Source: Azolla caroliniana (lineage: Eukaryota; Plantae; Polypodiophyta). Taken from it: a stretch of 64,000 nt of DNA. The notes beneath the pieces were generated by a model, which did not search any database, was not told the DNA's origin, and worked only from the letters and a program-made list of their open reading frames with translations. The position numbers were made by a program, and so were the translations under genes. The stretch covers positions 4,526,001-4,590,000 of the forward strand of contig JBHGNT010000007.1 in the NCBI GenBank assembly GCA_043228905.1. The letters are read 5' to 3'. The stretch's first letter is position 1. Each line of letters starts with the position of its first letter. Shown here piece by piece: positions 1 through 13,507 of this stretch.

Positions 1-11
1 AGAAAACAAAC

Positions 12-1028
<1,017 letters not shown>

Positions 1029-1189
1029 ACCTAAATATATAAGGCTAGATAAGATGATAAAATCAAAATAACAAGTCAATTTATGAGCACATACAAAGAT
1101 GGACATATATAAATTAGTATCTAATACAATTACCTACTTTCTGTTGGAATAAATATGTAAAAATTATGTCCTCTAATTTATTTAGCCTA

Positions 1190-2560
1190 GTTACGTCCAC
1201 AAGGGAAGACCCTACATATGTGCATCGAACAATATCTTCATGGAGATGCAGATATTGTCGAACTTGCTTTGGCTGTATATCCGTGGGTGGAGTTCACTCA
1301 ATTTGATTCCAAACTAGGCAACCCAATAGTTGTCTGTTCCGAATTTGGGTGGTCCAACTGAAGAAGTGCTTCTCAAGGAGCCAACCATCTGAATGTGGGT
1401 ACATGATAAGGTATCTACTTTGTATATGTAATAAAGTGTGAACCATGCAATTGAAACTCGTTCATATGGCAGAGCTGAGAACACATCATCCAAAAAAATC
1501 CCTCCACCCAGATGAAATGTACGTAGAAATCTTTAACAAGGAAGCATGTATCTTATCAGAAATCTCCAAACCCAGTTGGAAAGCTCCCCTAGCCATACTA
1601 TAGTGCAGCGAAATGAATTCTGTATCCAAGAGGGAGAGCATCAAGACATTATAAGTCAGTTGAACACTGAGACCCTTGTGATCCTGCACTTTGAAAATAC
1701 ATGTGTAATTTAATGTCCTCCCACCCCTGTAAAAATCTACATGAAGAATAGCAATCATTGACATGAGTCTCTTTCAGGCTAAAGCACCTCATAGAAGCAA
1801 AAAATATTAGTCGAGATACAAGGGTCTTTTTCCTATTCACATATGGTCAGATTACAGTATCGATCAAAATCTTACAGTACGAATACAAACCACTAAGCCA
1901 ACTCCCCTGGCCCTGAGATACAATGTTATTTAACAAATCTGCTGTGACTAGTCATGGACAACATCGTGATGGACTACTATTTTATACAATGAATTGAATG
2001 GTCTAGCCTCTTGGAGTACAGATGAAGGGATAGCAACTTTACCAAAAGTACTCTAAATGCTTCTGAAAAAAAGGTTCCTGGATGAGCACCGAGAAGCATA
2101 GATGGGCAAATTCATCATAACCTGGACAAACCCCAGATTCTACACTCAAAATTGTTTCTCATAGTTCAGGTTCTGTGAAAGAAAGCAAAATGCATTGGGC
2201 GATATTTGAGATATGATCATCTAGACCAAAGACCATGTCTCATCTTGATCCTCCAGAGTCAAGTTTGTGAGAGGTCATGAAGGAATAGCTCTGGCTAGAA
2301 GTTACTGGCCATACAGGACAGTCTCCTAGTGTGTCAATTAGCAAGATAATCTTGATGAGATATATATAAGATCCCACAAGATGCCAATGGCGGTCACAAA
2401 AAAAATCTTTTGACCCATGGAGATAGCGAAGAACAGTATGAGAAAGAGGACTGATTGCTGTCTATGGCGAGAGATTATGTTGATAGCCACTCTCATGAAC
2501 CATGATAGAGATGCTAAGAAACTCTCGATGGGCACCGCATCTTCACATAGGGAGCTACCC
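1190..2560 (-). pseudogene. Heavily decayed PLS-class PPR gene remnant upstream of the DPM1 start codon
   Basis: Frame-shifted fragments resemble PPR motifs: LHEDIVRCTYVGSSLVDV (1260-1190), LVSRLIFFAS..SLKE (about 1820-1770), EAF.VFGKVAIPS (about 2060-2020). A further GSLVDVQKV fragment lies near 3680-3655. No intact ORF. Confidence 0.4.
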
Positions 2561-2946
2561 AGTGTCTGATTCTTCATCAAAACTTAAAATCTGATTCATG
2601 AAATTTAATTTTCGTCCTGTTCTTTCAGCATGCACCAGTTTGCTTTCAGTTTCCGAAACAGAGCTTGAATTGAATTCTCGATGTTTTCATTCCCATTTTC
2701 TTCTCTACTTTCTTAAATGATTATTGACTTGTTGAACTTCCAATTCTCTTCCAGAATGAGAACATTCTCTTTGCACTAGTGTAGAAATTTACGTCATTCC
2801 GACACCTGTGGTATACAGGGGTGCCCTTACACATCCACCTTGGCCCTTGCTGATTATCTTCCTTTTTGGTTTATTTACTACTATTTACATGAATACCTTT
2901 TGGAAGTCTTCAATTGCAATGAAATTCAGAAATTCACAACCATTGG

Positions 2947-3144
2947 CCATGGTTACTTTGTCTTTGTTAGTTGGGTTCAAGGCTAGTTATCGAAATTCAG
3001 AAACTTGTTAACAGAAACAGAGAATGAATCCAGATATACTTTTCCCCATGGTTACTTTGTCTCCGTTAGTTGGGTTCAAGGCTAGTTATCGAAATTCAGA
3101 AAATTGTTAACAGAAACAGAGAATGAATCAAGATATACTTTTCC
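2947..3144. repeat. Two-copy tandem duplication, about 99 bp unit
   Basis: ccatggttactttgtct...gatatacttttc at 2947-3045 and 3046-3144 with only a few mismatches. Confidence 0.9.
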
Positions 3145-4280
3145 CTATCTTTTCTATATCTTGACTTGCCTACCCATAACTGTGTGAGACTACAAGAAGT
3201 GTGTGATGATATTTATGCCTGATTCAATTTCTTTGGATAGGTAAAATTCCAATTAAAATATGTTTATTATCATTTGTAAAGCTAGTTCATGATCTTGTTG
3301 TCATGATATATAATTTTTTACACATTTTAACGACAAAAAGAAAAAGCTAGTGTTTCAGATCATTTCCTTAACCCATATTTAATTATGCCCATGAATATTG
3401 AACACATGGCTTCAAAATGGAAGAAATAGTGCATACCCTTCATCAAAAAGAGCACAAAAAGTGTGCATCAAGCCAGAAACAATGCAAATCATTATTTCCA
3501 TCATAATAGACCCCAAAACTTGTAGGGTATTTAACAGACTAACACTCAGGTTCTCTCATCACTTTTCAAAACTGAGAGAGATATTAGAGAGGAAACTTTG
3601 ATTTTTGGGCCTATACAGTTAGGGAAAGCGCACCATAATACCGCCAAAAGAACCTTTTGGACATCTACCAGGCTACCCATCGGTTCCTTTTATCATCCTA
3701 TCTAAACTGAGAGCTATGCTGGTGAATGTCCAAAAACTTGGGGGTATTTGGGAAATATCCAAACAGATGGGGGTGTTTTGTGCATGTACAAGAATCAAGA
3801 GTCATTAGACGGATAGCTTTCCATGAGATGATATATTTATCCTTCGAGGCTGACTTTCCAACACTAAAATTCTTCCAAGACAAATCAAATAATTTATTTT
3901 TTTCCTCCACAATAAGGTCTGGACGTATCTTGGTGCTGTCTTTTTCATACAGATCCTTAGGCTTATTCATCTTATTCGATCTAATGATGTGTACAAATAT
4001 TAGATCCTCGAAGAATCACTGATCTTATTCAAGCAACAGGCATGCACTGGTTTCACATACAACCCGAGAGAGAGAGAGAGAGAGATGGAGGAACAGATGG
4101 AAAAACACAGAATCGAAATACACAGAGAGAGGGGAGAGTACCTTCACATTGTTTATTCTCTGATTTTGAACGTGGAGAGAATACCTGACAGTTCTTTGCT
4201 TCTCTCCAATACATACATATATATATACCAGTATGTATGTATGTATTTCTTGGGCCTAAAAGCATTTGATGTATGGAAAA

Positions 4281-4340
4281 TGGAGGTAGCCGGTTTTGAA
4301 CCCCTGACCTCTCCACCACCACACTCTATTTACTTACATA
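4281..4340 (-). pseudogene. Possible decayed tRNA(Ala)-like sequence
   Basis: Minus strand reads ...TAGAGTGT...GAGAGGTCAGGGGTTCAAAACCGGCTACCTCCA-TTTT, resembling the 3' half of plant tRNA-Ala with a B-box-like GGTTCAAAAC and a T4 tract. The cloverleaf is not intact. Confidence 0.25.
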
Positions 4341-4399
4341 CATACATACATACATAAACATACATATACATACATACATACATACATACATACATACAT
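4335..4399. repeat. (TACA)n microsatellite
   Basis: Imperfect tetranucleotide array read directly. Confidence 0.9.
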
Positions 4400-5318
4400 G
4401 AGGTGGGGATATTCCTCCCTATTCTCTAGAACATAGAGAAAAACTTGCTCGTCCCGTCCCGTGTCTTGGACACGACAACATATGAACCAAGAGAGCTTAG
4501 ATGCATGTTTTATTGCCAGATCCCATGAACCCGATGCAAATTTCGCAACCGCGTACGTTGTCTCCTTTTCTCTTATGGTTTCCATGGGTCTCTTTTTATC
4601 GGTGGCTATGTAGTGTGTCACACACTGTGCTCTACGTGCATCTCTCATTTGCTGACCTTTTCTTCGACGAGCAATTTTTCGTGAGATTTTTGTTGTGTTT
4701 GTGTGCGGAAAAGCCATATATAGATGATGATTGCCCATGTAATGGACCCGTCTTTGAGTAAGTTAAAAAAGGGGTAGCACGTTGTGGCACATGAGCAATG
4801 GGGCCAATGGAAAGTGCCACAAATATAAAGTTCTCTTTGCAAAAGCGTTTCAGTTGCGAAGAGCGTATGATGTGCATGTGAATAAAGAGTTGTGCCCACC
4901 AGACTTGTTGGGTTCGAAGTTGAGACAATGTGTTTTTCTCTACCAAGAGTTTTGTGCTATCAAATGTTTGATCCGGCAACAAGGGTCGTGGATTGGTTGA
5001 TTCATTGATTGATGGGCACATGTCATTCTTGATTGTATGCATGGATGTATGTTATGTATGTTATGTATGTATATGCCATATGGTATGAGACTTCAGTATG
5101 TATGTATGTATGTATGTATGTATGTATGGTGCTATGGTCTTTGTCTTAGTGAAAATTCATTGGAGGGCATTTGGGGAAATAGGGAAAAGTCCTGGAGCAG
5201 AGCTCTCTGTTTTCTAGGGGGAACTTGTTTTTGGCTCGCCAAATTTAAGAAGCCAAATAGAGAGAAGAAGAAGAAGAAGAAGAAGAAGAAGAAAATCAAC
5301 ACAATTTCGAAGTGTAGA
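4400..5318. promoter_or_regulatory. Probable bidirectional promoter and 5'UTR region between DPM1 and the methylesterase gene
   Basis: Head-to-head gene arrangement, with site-II-like TGGGC/GCCCA motifs (about 4732, 4800, 5013). Flanked by (TATG)n tracts on the sense strand of each gene. Minus-strand GT donor candidates at about 4338, 4184 and 4141. Confidence 0.45.
5045..5128. repeat. (TATG)n microsatellite
   Basis: Imperfect array, pure from about 5096 to 5128. Confidence 0.9.
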
Positions 5319-8300
5319 ATGCAGAGCTCTGAGAAATCAGACTCCACTCCCGACCTTCCGGAAGAGGAAGAAGAAGAATCGAAAGAAGAGGAGGAAGAAG
5401 AAGATGACTTAGCAGCCATGAACACCACCATCGAAGAACCACTACAAAATCAACAACAGCAAAAGCAACAACTTCAATCCTCGCAGTAAGAATACAAATT
5501 TGCTCAGATCAATGTCTTTTTTGTCTTTCCATACTTATATAATGTGCGTGTGTATACATATATGTTTCTTTCTTTCATTTCCATACTTATTTATCTTTCA
5601 TTTTTATTTTTACTTGATTGATCTATTCATGAAAAAGGGGGTTATATATATGTACCTTTCTTTATTCTTTCTGGTATCTTGTAGCAAATTCTCACCAATG
5701 CCATGGCAAGGTCATTTTGATGAAGAACGAGACATTATCATTCCAAGCTCAGGAAATGTGGGTATTTCAATTATTGTATTATAAACAAGACATTTGGTTG
5801 AATTGTATGTTGTCATGAGCAGGCCTCTTATTTTGTGAAAACTAGAGATGAATTATGAATATTACATACTGGTAGATTGCCAAAAATAGAAGAATTAATG
5901 GTAAATCGTAATTACTATTTAAAAGAAGAATGATCCCACTCTGATTCGCTGAATATAAACACCACAATCAATAGAAAATCAAGTAATATAAGAAGTCCAA
6001 TTCACTTTTTGTAAGAATAGATTCTCTCACAAGTGGCAAAATGAACTTGATAAAATTCAGACACATAGATCTATGATAGATACTAATAAAGTAAACATTA
6101 GCAAAACTATACTCTATATTATGGCATTAAATATCCAGTTGATCATTGTTCATTTGCAACATTCAATAATGCATACTAACTCAATTTACATTAAATTGGT
6201 TTCAACCAGCTAATTGTATTTCATATTATTTTAAGTCATTTTTGTGGTTGATGTCAGGATTCAAGCTAAACAGATTTATGCATATAAGCAAACGGACTTT
6301 TTTTGTGCATTCTGAAAAATTTAGCTATAATCTTTGCTTTGCTTTTCTTTTATTGAGAAATAGAAGTTTCATGTGTACTTGGCTGGGAATGAGGGCCCTG
6401 TCGTGTTCTGCATCCATGGAGGTGGATATTCAGGGTAAGTAAATCCCCATCCATATTTTAATGGCTAAGCTAAAGTGGCACCCTAATTATTGTTTTTAAT
6501 GTCAAAATCATGTTGTATCATGACTTGGAGAAATATGGAGGCTATGCCACATCATTTTCATTGATGAAGATTCATTGTATAATATCATTTCTCATAGTAT
6601 ATTGTTAAACAAACAAGCCCAAGTCAAAGATTTTAAAACCATTCAATAACAGGGCTCATAAAGCTTCTTTTACATTTCATTCACATCCACTCACACACTC
6701 CTCCTGTGGTTCTGCACTGTTCTATAGGCGAACAAGAGTTCTTTATTCATGCATACAACTAAAAGACACAAACACATGGATCCTGATAGAAAAACCTGAC
6801 ATTTGGTCGGGGTGAACCCTCAATACACTGAATAAGATAGATAACCAGGAACATGCCACAGACCAATGAGAATCCATGGCACCTACTTGCCTTGTGTCTT
6901 AGCAGACTTATGGAGGCGTATTGGGGCTAATTTTCTTTACATGACCATCCTTTGAGATTGATGTGTTAACAGGCTGACTGCCACATAAAGTGAGTTGCAT
7001 TGTCACCCATATATCCAACACTGCCTTTTTCTATAAATTTCACACGTTTTCAGCCAAATCAATAAAACATCTTGAAGAATTAAGCAAGTAAATTAAGTGT
7101 AGCTTTATAAATAGAGCCACATCCTTCTCCCACCAGTTGGTAGTACTTTTTTGTTTGGATCTGTTAACTCTCATCTCTGTGAGCTGCTATTCATTCTCAG
7201 TTGCCGCTGACATCTGAGACTGTGTAAGTGTTTCTCGTTTTCATTGATAACTTTTGTTCTGAAATATGTTTTGGTTCTCTTATATCTTTTCCATCAAGTC
7301 CCCAAAATTCTGTTTCAGCATACTGCTAATATAAATCGGTATTCTGCCACCTCCAATATATTGTGCATAACCTTGGCTTGTTTGTTGCTCACTGTTTCAT
7401 ACCATATGGACCTTCCATACCTGTAACTATTCTTATTCCTGTTTCCTTGTGACCGTGTAGTATAGTTAGATGGATACTCATTGTGCTTCTAACTATCCCG
7501 ATGAATAGTTTTATGGGTGTTTGGCAATGCCAAAAGTGAATAGAGATTATATAGCATTTAATCCAGGTTTGGGTCCTCAAAAGGTGAATATTGAATTGTT
7601 TGTTGTTTGAATTCCTGCAACGGCCATAGACCATGCAAATTATATCAATAAGAGTATTTCTCTTGTAGATGCTTTATTTAACGTGAAATCTGTATGCTAG
7701 GTTAATCAGTGAAAATTCGTTGGCATGATGTCAAAAGTTAGGTTACGATTTGCGTCATTATGTTGTTTCTTGTGTTGAAGGCTTTCATATGCTTTGGCTG
7801 CTGGTTTAATGAAACGTGAAGCAAGAGTGGTGGCTATGGATTTAAGGGGCCATGGTTTAACTCAAACAGAAAATAATGCTGATCTTTCTATTGGGGTATG
7901 TAGCCATGCATGTTGTAAAGAATAAATGTATTGATACCTTTTTCCATTTTCATGACTTTTGATTCTGATTTTTTACAATTCGAGGAACTAGACTTTGTGC
8001 AGTGATGTTTTTGCTGTCATAGATTCACTTTATGGCAATTATGCTCCTGCCATTATCCTTATTGGACATAGGTTTGTCACATCTTTCTGTTGATATTAAC
8101 TTTGAAAAAATTTCTTATGATAGAATGAGGCACATAATAGTCTTTTGCAAAACAGTTTGGGTGGTGCAGTAGCTGTGCACTGTGCAGCCAAAAGGAGGCT
8201 TCCAACTTTAGCAGCCCTTGTAGTTCTTGATGTGGTTGAGGTGATAGACTTACCCATGTGCACTTTATAAATGTACTGAATGTTTACTATTCTGCAGATC

Positions 8301-8525
8301 AATATCATATGTAACAAAGTGTGAATATTGCAGGGTACTGCAATAGCGTCCTTGGGGTATATGCAAACTTTTCTATCAAATCGCCCTCTTTATTTCCCGT
8401 CATTGGATAAGGCGGTGCGTAACATGTAAATAAATATCACCTTAGAATTATTTAATGAATTTCGGTTGTATATTCAAAAATTGAAGGGTACATAATTTAA
8501 ATGAGTAAAAAGTTTTCCTATATAG

Positions 8526-8579
<54 letters not shown>

Positions 8580-9821
8580 ATCGTCATTGCAATGACATGC
8601 TGTCACCAACACCATATTCTTATATGTACCATGCACACATGGCACATAATTATTTCTGGGATTGCTGTAATTATTTATGGAATCTTATTCAGTTTCAAGT
8701 TGGTTTACTAGATTGAATGGAGTGTGAGGGGAGGCTCGTTGAGGAACGTGGATTCTGCACGTGTGTCTGTTGGGTCAACTCTCAAGTACATTGAGGAAAA
8801 ACAATGGTAAATTGCCAAATGCATACATATTATGAATACAACTTCCTTTTCTGTGAGTGTGCAATTGGTGGTTCCAAGTAATTGCAATCATATGGTTATG
8901 AGGAAAGTGTAAACATCTGTTCTTCAATATTTCATCCAGTTGATTATCTGTTGGCTTTCTGGCATAGCTATACTTGGATTACACCACTTGAAGAAACTGA
9001 ACCATATTGGAATGGATGGTAATTGATTATTTAATAATGCTACTTTTAGGTTACATTGATCAGACTTTGTAATTTAGGTTGTTTTTAGATGCAGGTATCA
9101 AGGATTATCTGATTTATTTCTATCCTCACCAGTGCAAAAAATGCTCCTATTAGCGGGAACTGATAGGCTCGATCGGTGAAAAAAAAATATTGGCTCTTAA
9201 ACTCATCATTTTTGTATAAGAATTCGACTCCATTTTTCCTCTTTGCTATTTTTTTTTTTCTAACAGTTTTGAACCATCTTCAGGGCTTTGACAATTGGTC
9301 AAATGCAAGGAAAGTTTCAGATGGTTGTGATGAAAAACACGGGGCATGCAATTCAGGTTTTGCTATGAAATCTTGACTCTTAAATTGTACATGGGATTTA
9401 GGGCAAAATACTCAAGAATATCCCCTACTACAGCTTTTGCTTTGGATATTTATTGGAATAACCCCAAGTATTCAAGATTAGTAGAATGCCCCCCTCTCTA
9501 AGTGTATCTTTACAGAGGGGATTCTAATAATTATGTAATTATGTTGTTTCCATGTTGTTTTGTTGAAGTATACAAATTATGTAATTGTGTAGGAAGATGT
9601 GCCTGATGAGCTTGCAAGGATTGTATTGGGTTTTATTACCCGGAATTGCATAACGGCATCGGGTGTCAAGGTATCTGTGTGTATTTTTGAAATCTTTGTC
9701 GCATGAACCAATAAGTTGTCGTGTTTTGCTCTTTAACATAAAAAATAATATTTAGTTGATGTGTTCCGTTCTTTTCTATCAACAGATGCCGAATATACAA
9801 CACCTAAGACCCATAAATTGA
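5319..9821 (+). CDS. PPME1: Protein phosphatase methylesterase 1 (PP2A demethylase PME-1, alpha/beta hydrolase). 13 exons: 5319-5485, 5685-5757, 6364-6434, 7781-7895, 7992-8071, 8156-8240, 8334-8414, 8712-8806, 8968-9018, 9095-9175, 9284-9356, 9593-9670, 9786-9821
   Basis: All introns are GT-AG and phase-compatible. Motifs include HGGGYSGLS, MDLRGHG, nucleophile GHSLGG, LDVVEGTA, LLLAGTDRLDRALTIGQMQGKFQ and GHAIQED. The N-terminus is E/Q-rich. The symbol refers to the PME-1 orthologue, not to pectin methylesterase. Confidence 0.95.
8528..8576. repeat. (TA)n microsatellite in an intron
   Basis: About 24 perfect TA units. Confidence 0.95.
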
Positions 9822-12800
9822 TTTAGACATACAATACAGACACTCATAAACAATATGTAAAGGATACAAGACATTCAGTGATCGTTTTAAAAGAAAGTAT
9901 TGAACATACGATGTGGCTACCACTTTTTTTTGTTAAATTGAAGTGGAAATCTTGGTTCACTTGGTGGAAGTCTTGAGTAAAAGGGTTTTTGTTCTTGTAC
10001 TTTTCAATTTGAGAAAGAGCACAAGAAAAAGAGTTTTATTATTATACTTAATTTGGTTGGAGAAAAGATAAATTGGCATGGAAGATTAAAGGTGTCGCAT
10101 GGATACGTATGATGGTAGAGTAAGAAATCTTCGAGCGTTTTCTTATGATTTTTTATCTTATTTATGATGACCAATGTATGTTGAGTTCTCGGGGCATTGG
10201 TTTCATCGGTTCTTGGAATCTATTCACTTCATCTAAATTTTCATTTAAATGAAATATGCTTACTAGTAATAAAAATGCACGTGACATTTCTTCTGGCCAT
10301 GCCAATGATCTTCTTGTTAGATCTCACTAGTAATTGTGCAAGCTATAGATATCAATTTGTAAAGCTTATGTTGATACAAGTTACTCATTGGTGTTCTCAT
10401 GTGCAAGATTAATATGCTCTTATGTTCATTTTATGCTTGTTGGCATATGTTTTCACTCTTTGCAAAATCAAGTTTAATTGTTTGTTGTGTCAGACACTAT
10501 TGTGTAAATTCATTTGGAACCATGGGCCAATCTCGCCCACTTATATTCACCTTCAAAGAACTCTAAAAGAATTTTCAAATTTGGTGATTTACACAACATT
10601 TAGGTTGATCATAAATTAGTCCAATTGTAAGGTAAAGGTGTATAAGCCCTAAATTTGTTTTTACATAACCAAGTAACATTGACCTTGAATATACAATTCG
10701 TTAACACTTCCAAGTGTGAGTTCTTGAATTACAATTTCGTAGTGCAAGGCATGGTTAATTGATAAGAAAGTAATTGGTCATGTCATAAAGTGTGAGTTCT
10801 TGAAGTGTTTTTATGAATGGGATGACAACAAAATGAGAAAACACAACAAGAGCTATTTGTGGCGGCACTTGACATGCTCACAAACAAAGTCTTTTGATAA
10901 AAGGATCTCCCACACAATATGCATATACCATTGGAAGGAGAAAATTCCTAAAACCCTACGTGGAACTCAAGAGTGACGAATTTTGATCTATTAATATTGG
11001 TGATGTTGGAGGAAACGTATTTGTGGGAGGTGCCAAGTTATGATGATCTTTGTCAAAGTCCAATGAAATTTCGAATGGGATTGTTGGAGAATTAAAGATG
11101 TACAAGAAATCAAGCTTCTACACCAAGCCTAGAAATAATTACATGACAATCAAAATTGGTTGACAAGTATTGTACCAAACTCAACCCATGTTTAAGATAC
11201 ATGTTTGAAGGAAACAATGGCTAACTAATATTTGGTAACTCGTTTCAAGTACAAAATGTTCGTGAATTTAAGGATAAGTGCCATCTCCTACTGACATATT
11301 TTTAAAATTTTATTCGTCAAACGAGTAAGGAGTAGTTGTACATCCTAACACAAAAACTATTTGTGTTGGCGCAATAACATAAGCATAGGAGAGAGTCTTT
11401 GTTGGTTTAGAAAAAATTGTCTACATTTATGAATGGACTAGATCTTATTGATGTTGGAAATATTGAAGCTCCAGATCGATTGTTTGATCATTTACAAGTT
11501 ATTTCTGAGTAACTGAGCCCATCACGAGATCTTTGAACAAAAGGGTTCCTACTTTGTTAATGTGAAGGATCAAGATACTTGATAAATTTCGTATTTTGAT
11601 GAATATTGAGCACAGTTAAAAATATTCTTATTGATATTTAGGTGTCATTCCATATAATTGAGTGATTAAGTACAATACTCATGAAGTTCCTAATGATAAC
11701 ACTTTGATGACCAAATGAGCTTCCAGAATTTTGTCAATATTACTTTATGTTTGTTGTCACACCGCGGGCCAAGGTCAACATCATCATACAAAAGATCTTA
11801 GGATGCATGATTGAAAAGAAGGCAAGATGAAGCATGAAACAACCAACAACTCGATAGGAATTTAATGTTCAAGAGGAAGACATTGCTTGTGAGGATCAAG
11901 AGGCATCAAGATCGTGATCTAGTTGGGCTTTGCTTTTGTCAATGACTTCCTCATTCTATAGAGTCATGAACAACCTACCTCCTTTCCAACCATCGTTATT
12001 GTAAAGAGAAAAAGTTGGGGTGGGGAGGGTCACCACCTATTGTTCAAGCGATCTATCATTAAGGATTTTGACCCAAGCTAAAGGCAGAATTATGAAATGG
12101 TGATATAACTAGTTCACTTAACAATTTGTATCAGAGATATATTTCCATTTGAATGGAAAACAATTCACGTCGTTTCGAGGGAGTAAGCTCTCATAGTTTC
12201 ATATGACATGTAAGGTCTGATATTTCACCAAAGAACAACATATGCTTATTTTTGTTATATTTTGATAGTGAAAACCACACCATACAACTTCAAGAAACTA
12301 TAAAGGATCTTATGCTTCATCTTCATTTAGAAGGGCAAGTTTCAAGGCAACCTTCATGAGAAGGTTAAAATGCTCTTTGAGGGGTGAAGCAACCATAAAG
12401 AATAAGCATTGGCCATGTCCATAAAAACCATGGTAGATTGTTTAACCTAAAAATTCAATGTTGAGTACGTTAAAACATTCACGATGCTGACAACTTCAAT
12501 GCACTAGTATGGTACTTCATGCTTGACAGTTGCATCTTTTTGAGCTTGTATATTATTATTATTGTTAATATTGATTTTTGCATTTTGGAAACATATTTAG
12601 GTACTTTCGTGATGCAATACACGTGCTTCATGTGAAAATGTTTTAGTTCCTCTTGAACACTTATTGATTGATTCTTGTCTGACGTAGGACCATGTATTTA
12701 CCTTCTAATTCAAAATTTTTTATTCCTTTGAAACCTCGGTCTCAAAAACATTGTGCTGATGCTTGTGTGATCCATTTTCGTGAATTTTGTATTACCACGA

Positions 12801-13507
12801 CCATTATGCCATGCCTCGCTTTTAGTATAATGCTTTAACTCCTCCCAAACCACTTTCCTCCTAAAATATTTTTAAATATAATTAAGACATTTTGCATACT
12901 TAGTCTTTGCATCTTACGACCATTATACAATGTGAACGGCATGTTTGTCTAGTATTTTAAATCCCTTTCAACCCACTACTATCTTAACTAATGGTCATTA
13001 TTCCAATATGCCATGTTTACAAATACCACCTATGCATGATTTCATTACCTCATCCACCTAGGAAGGTAGATCGTGTAATGAAGCCAGGTCTTCGTCAAGC
13101 TCATGGTTATCCAAAACATTCATCTAAGGATTCAGATGCAAGTCTCATCAAAATAACCAATATGGAAAAAGAAATAATGACAGGAGCAATATGGGAAAAA
13201 GTTATTATTTGTTGATATTGAGGATAGTTCCACTTAGACCTTGTGAGCCGATGACTTGATTGAGTGAATTACATATTTTTAGCCAATTAGTTTGGATAAT
13301 AAAACAACTTTGTGGGAATCGACTTTAATAAAAGAAAAAGGTTTCATAGTGTGGATGGCACTAATGGGATTAAAATAACGTACATAGACGTGAGGATTAA
13401 GGTCTTAATGAATAATATAAATGAGGCACAATTTGTATGAGCCGCACCACGTTAAAATGATCACAATTTGATCTCAAGTAAGTAAGTATTCATTAGAGTT
13501 GTGGAGG

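Noticed and set aside
3698-5042. Several 70-136 aa ORFs on both strands in the divergent promoter region
   Set aside because: No recognisable domains, and they are partly created by microsatellites. They are most likely UTR or promoter sequence.
5037-5318. Upstream in-frame extension of the methylesterase ORF (MHGCML...poly-K)
   Set aside because: It is composed of (TATG)n and (AAG)n repeats typical of 5'UTRs. ATG 5319 is the more plausible start.
10600-12600. Coding-like, stop-riddled stretch between the methylesterase and DUF599 genes; possibly an old DNA transposon, with a faint resemblance to a 2OG-dioxygenase-like segment near 12200
   Set aside because: No ORF, terminal repeats, TSD or recognisable motif could be confirmed by eye. 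It needs tBLASTx or an HMM search.
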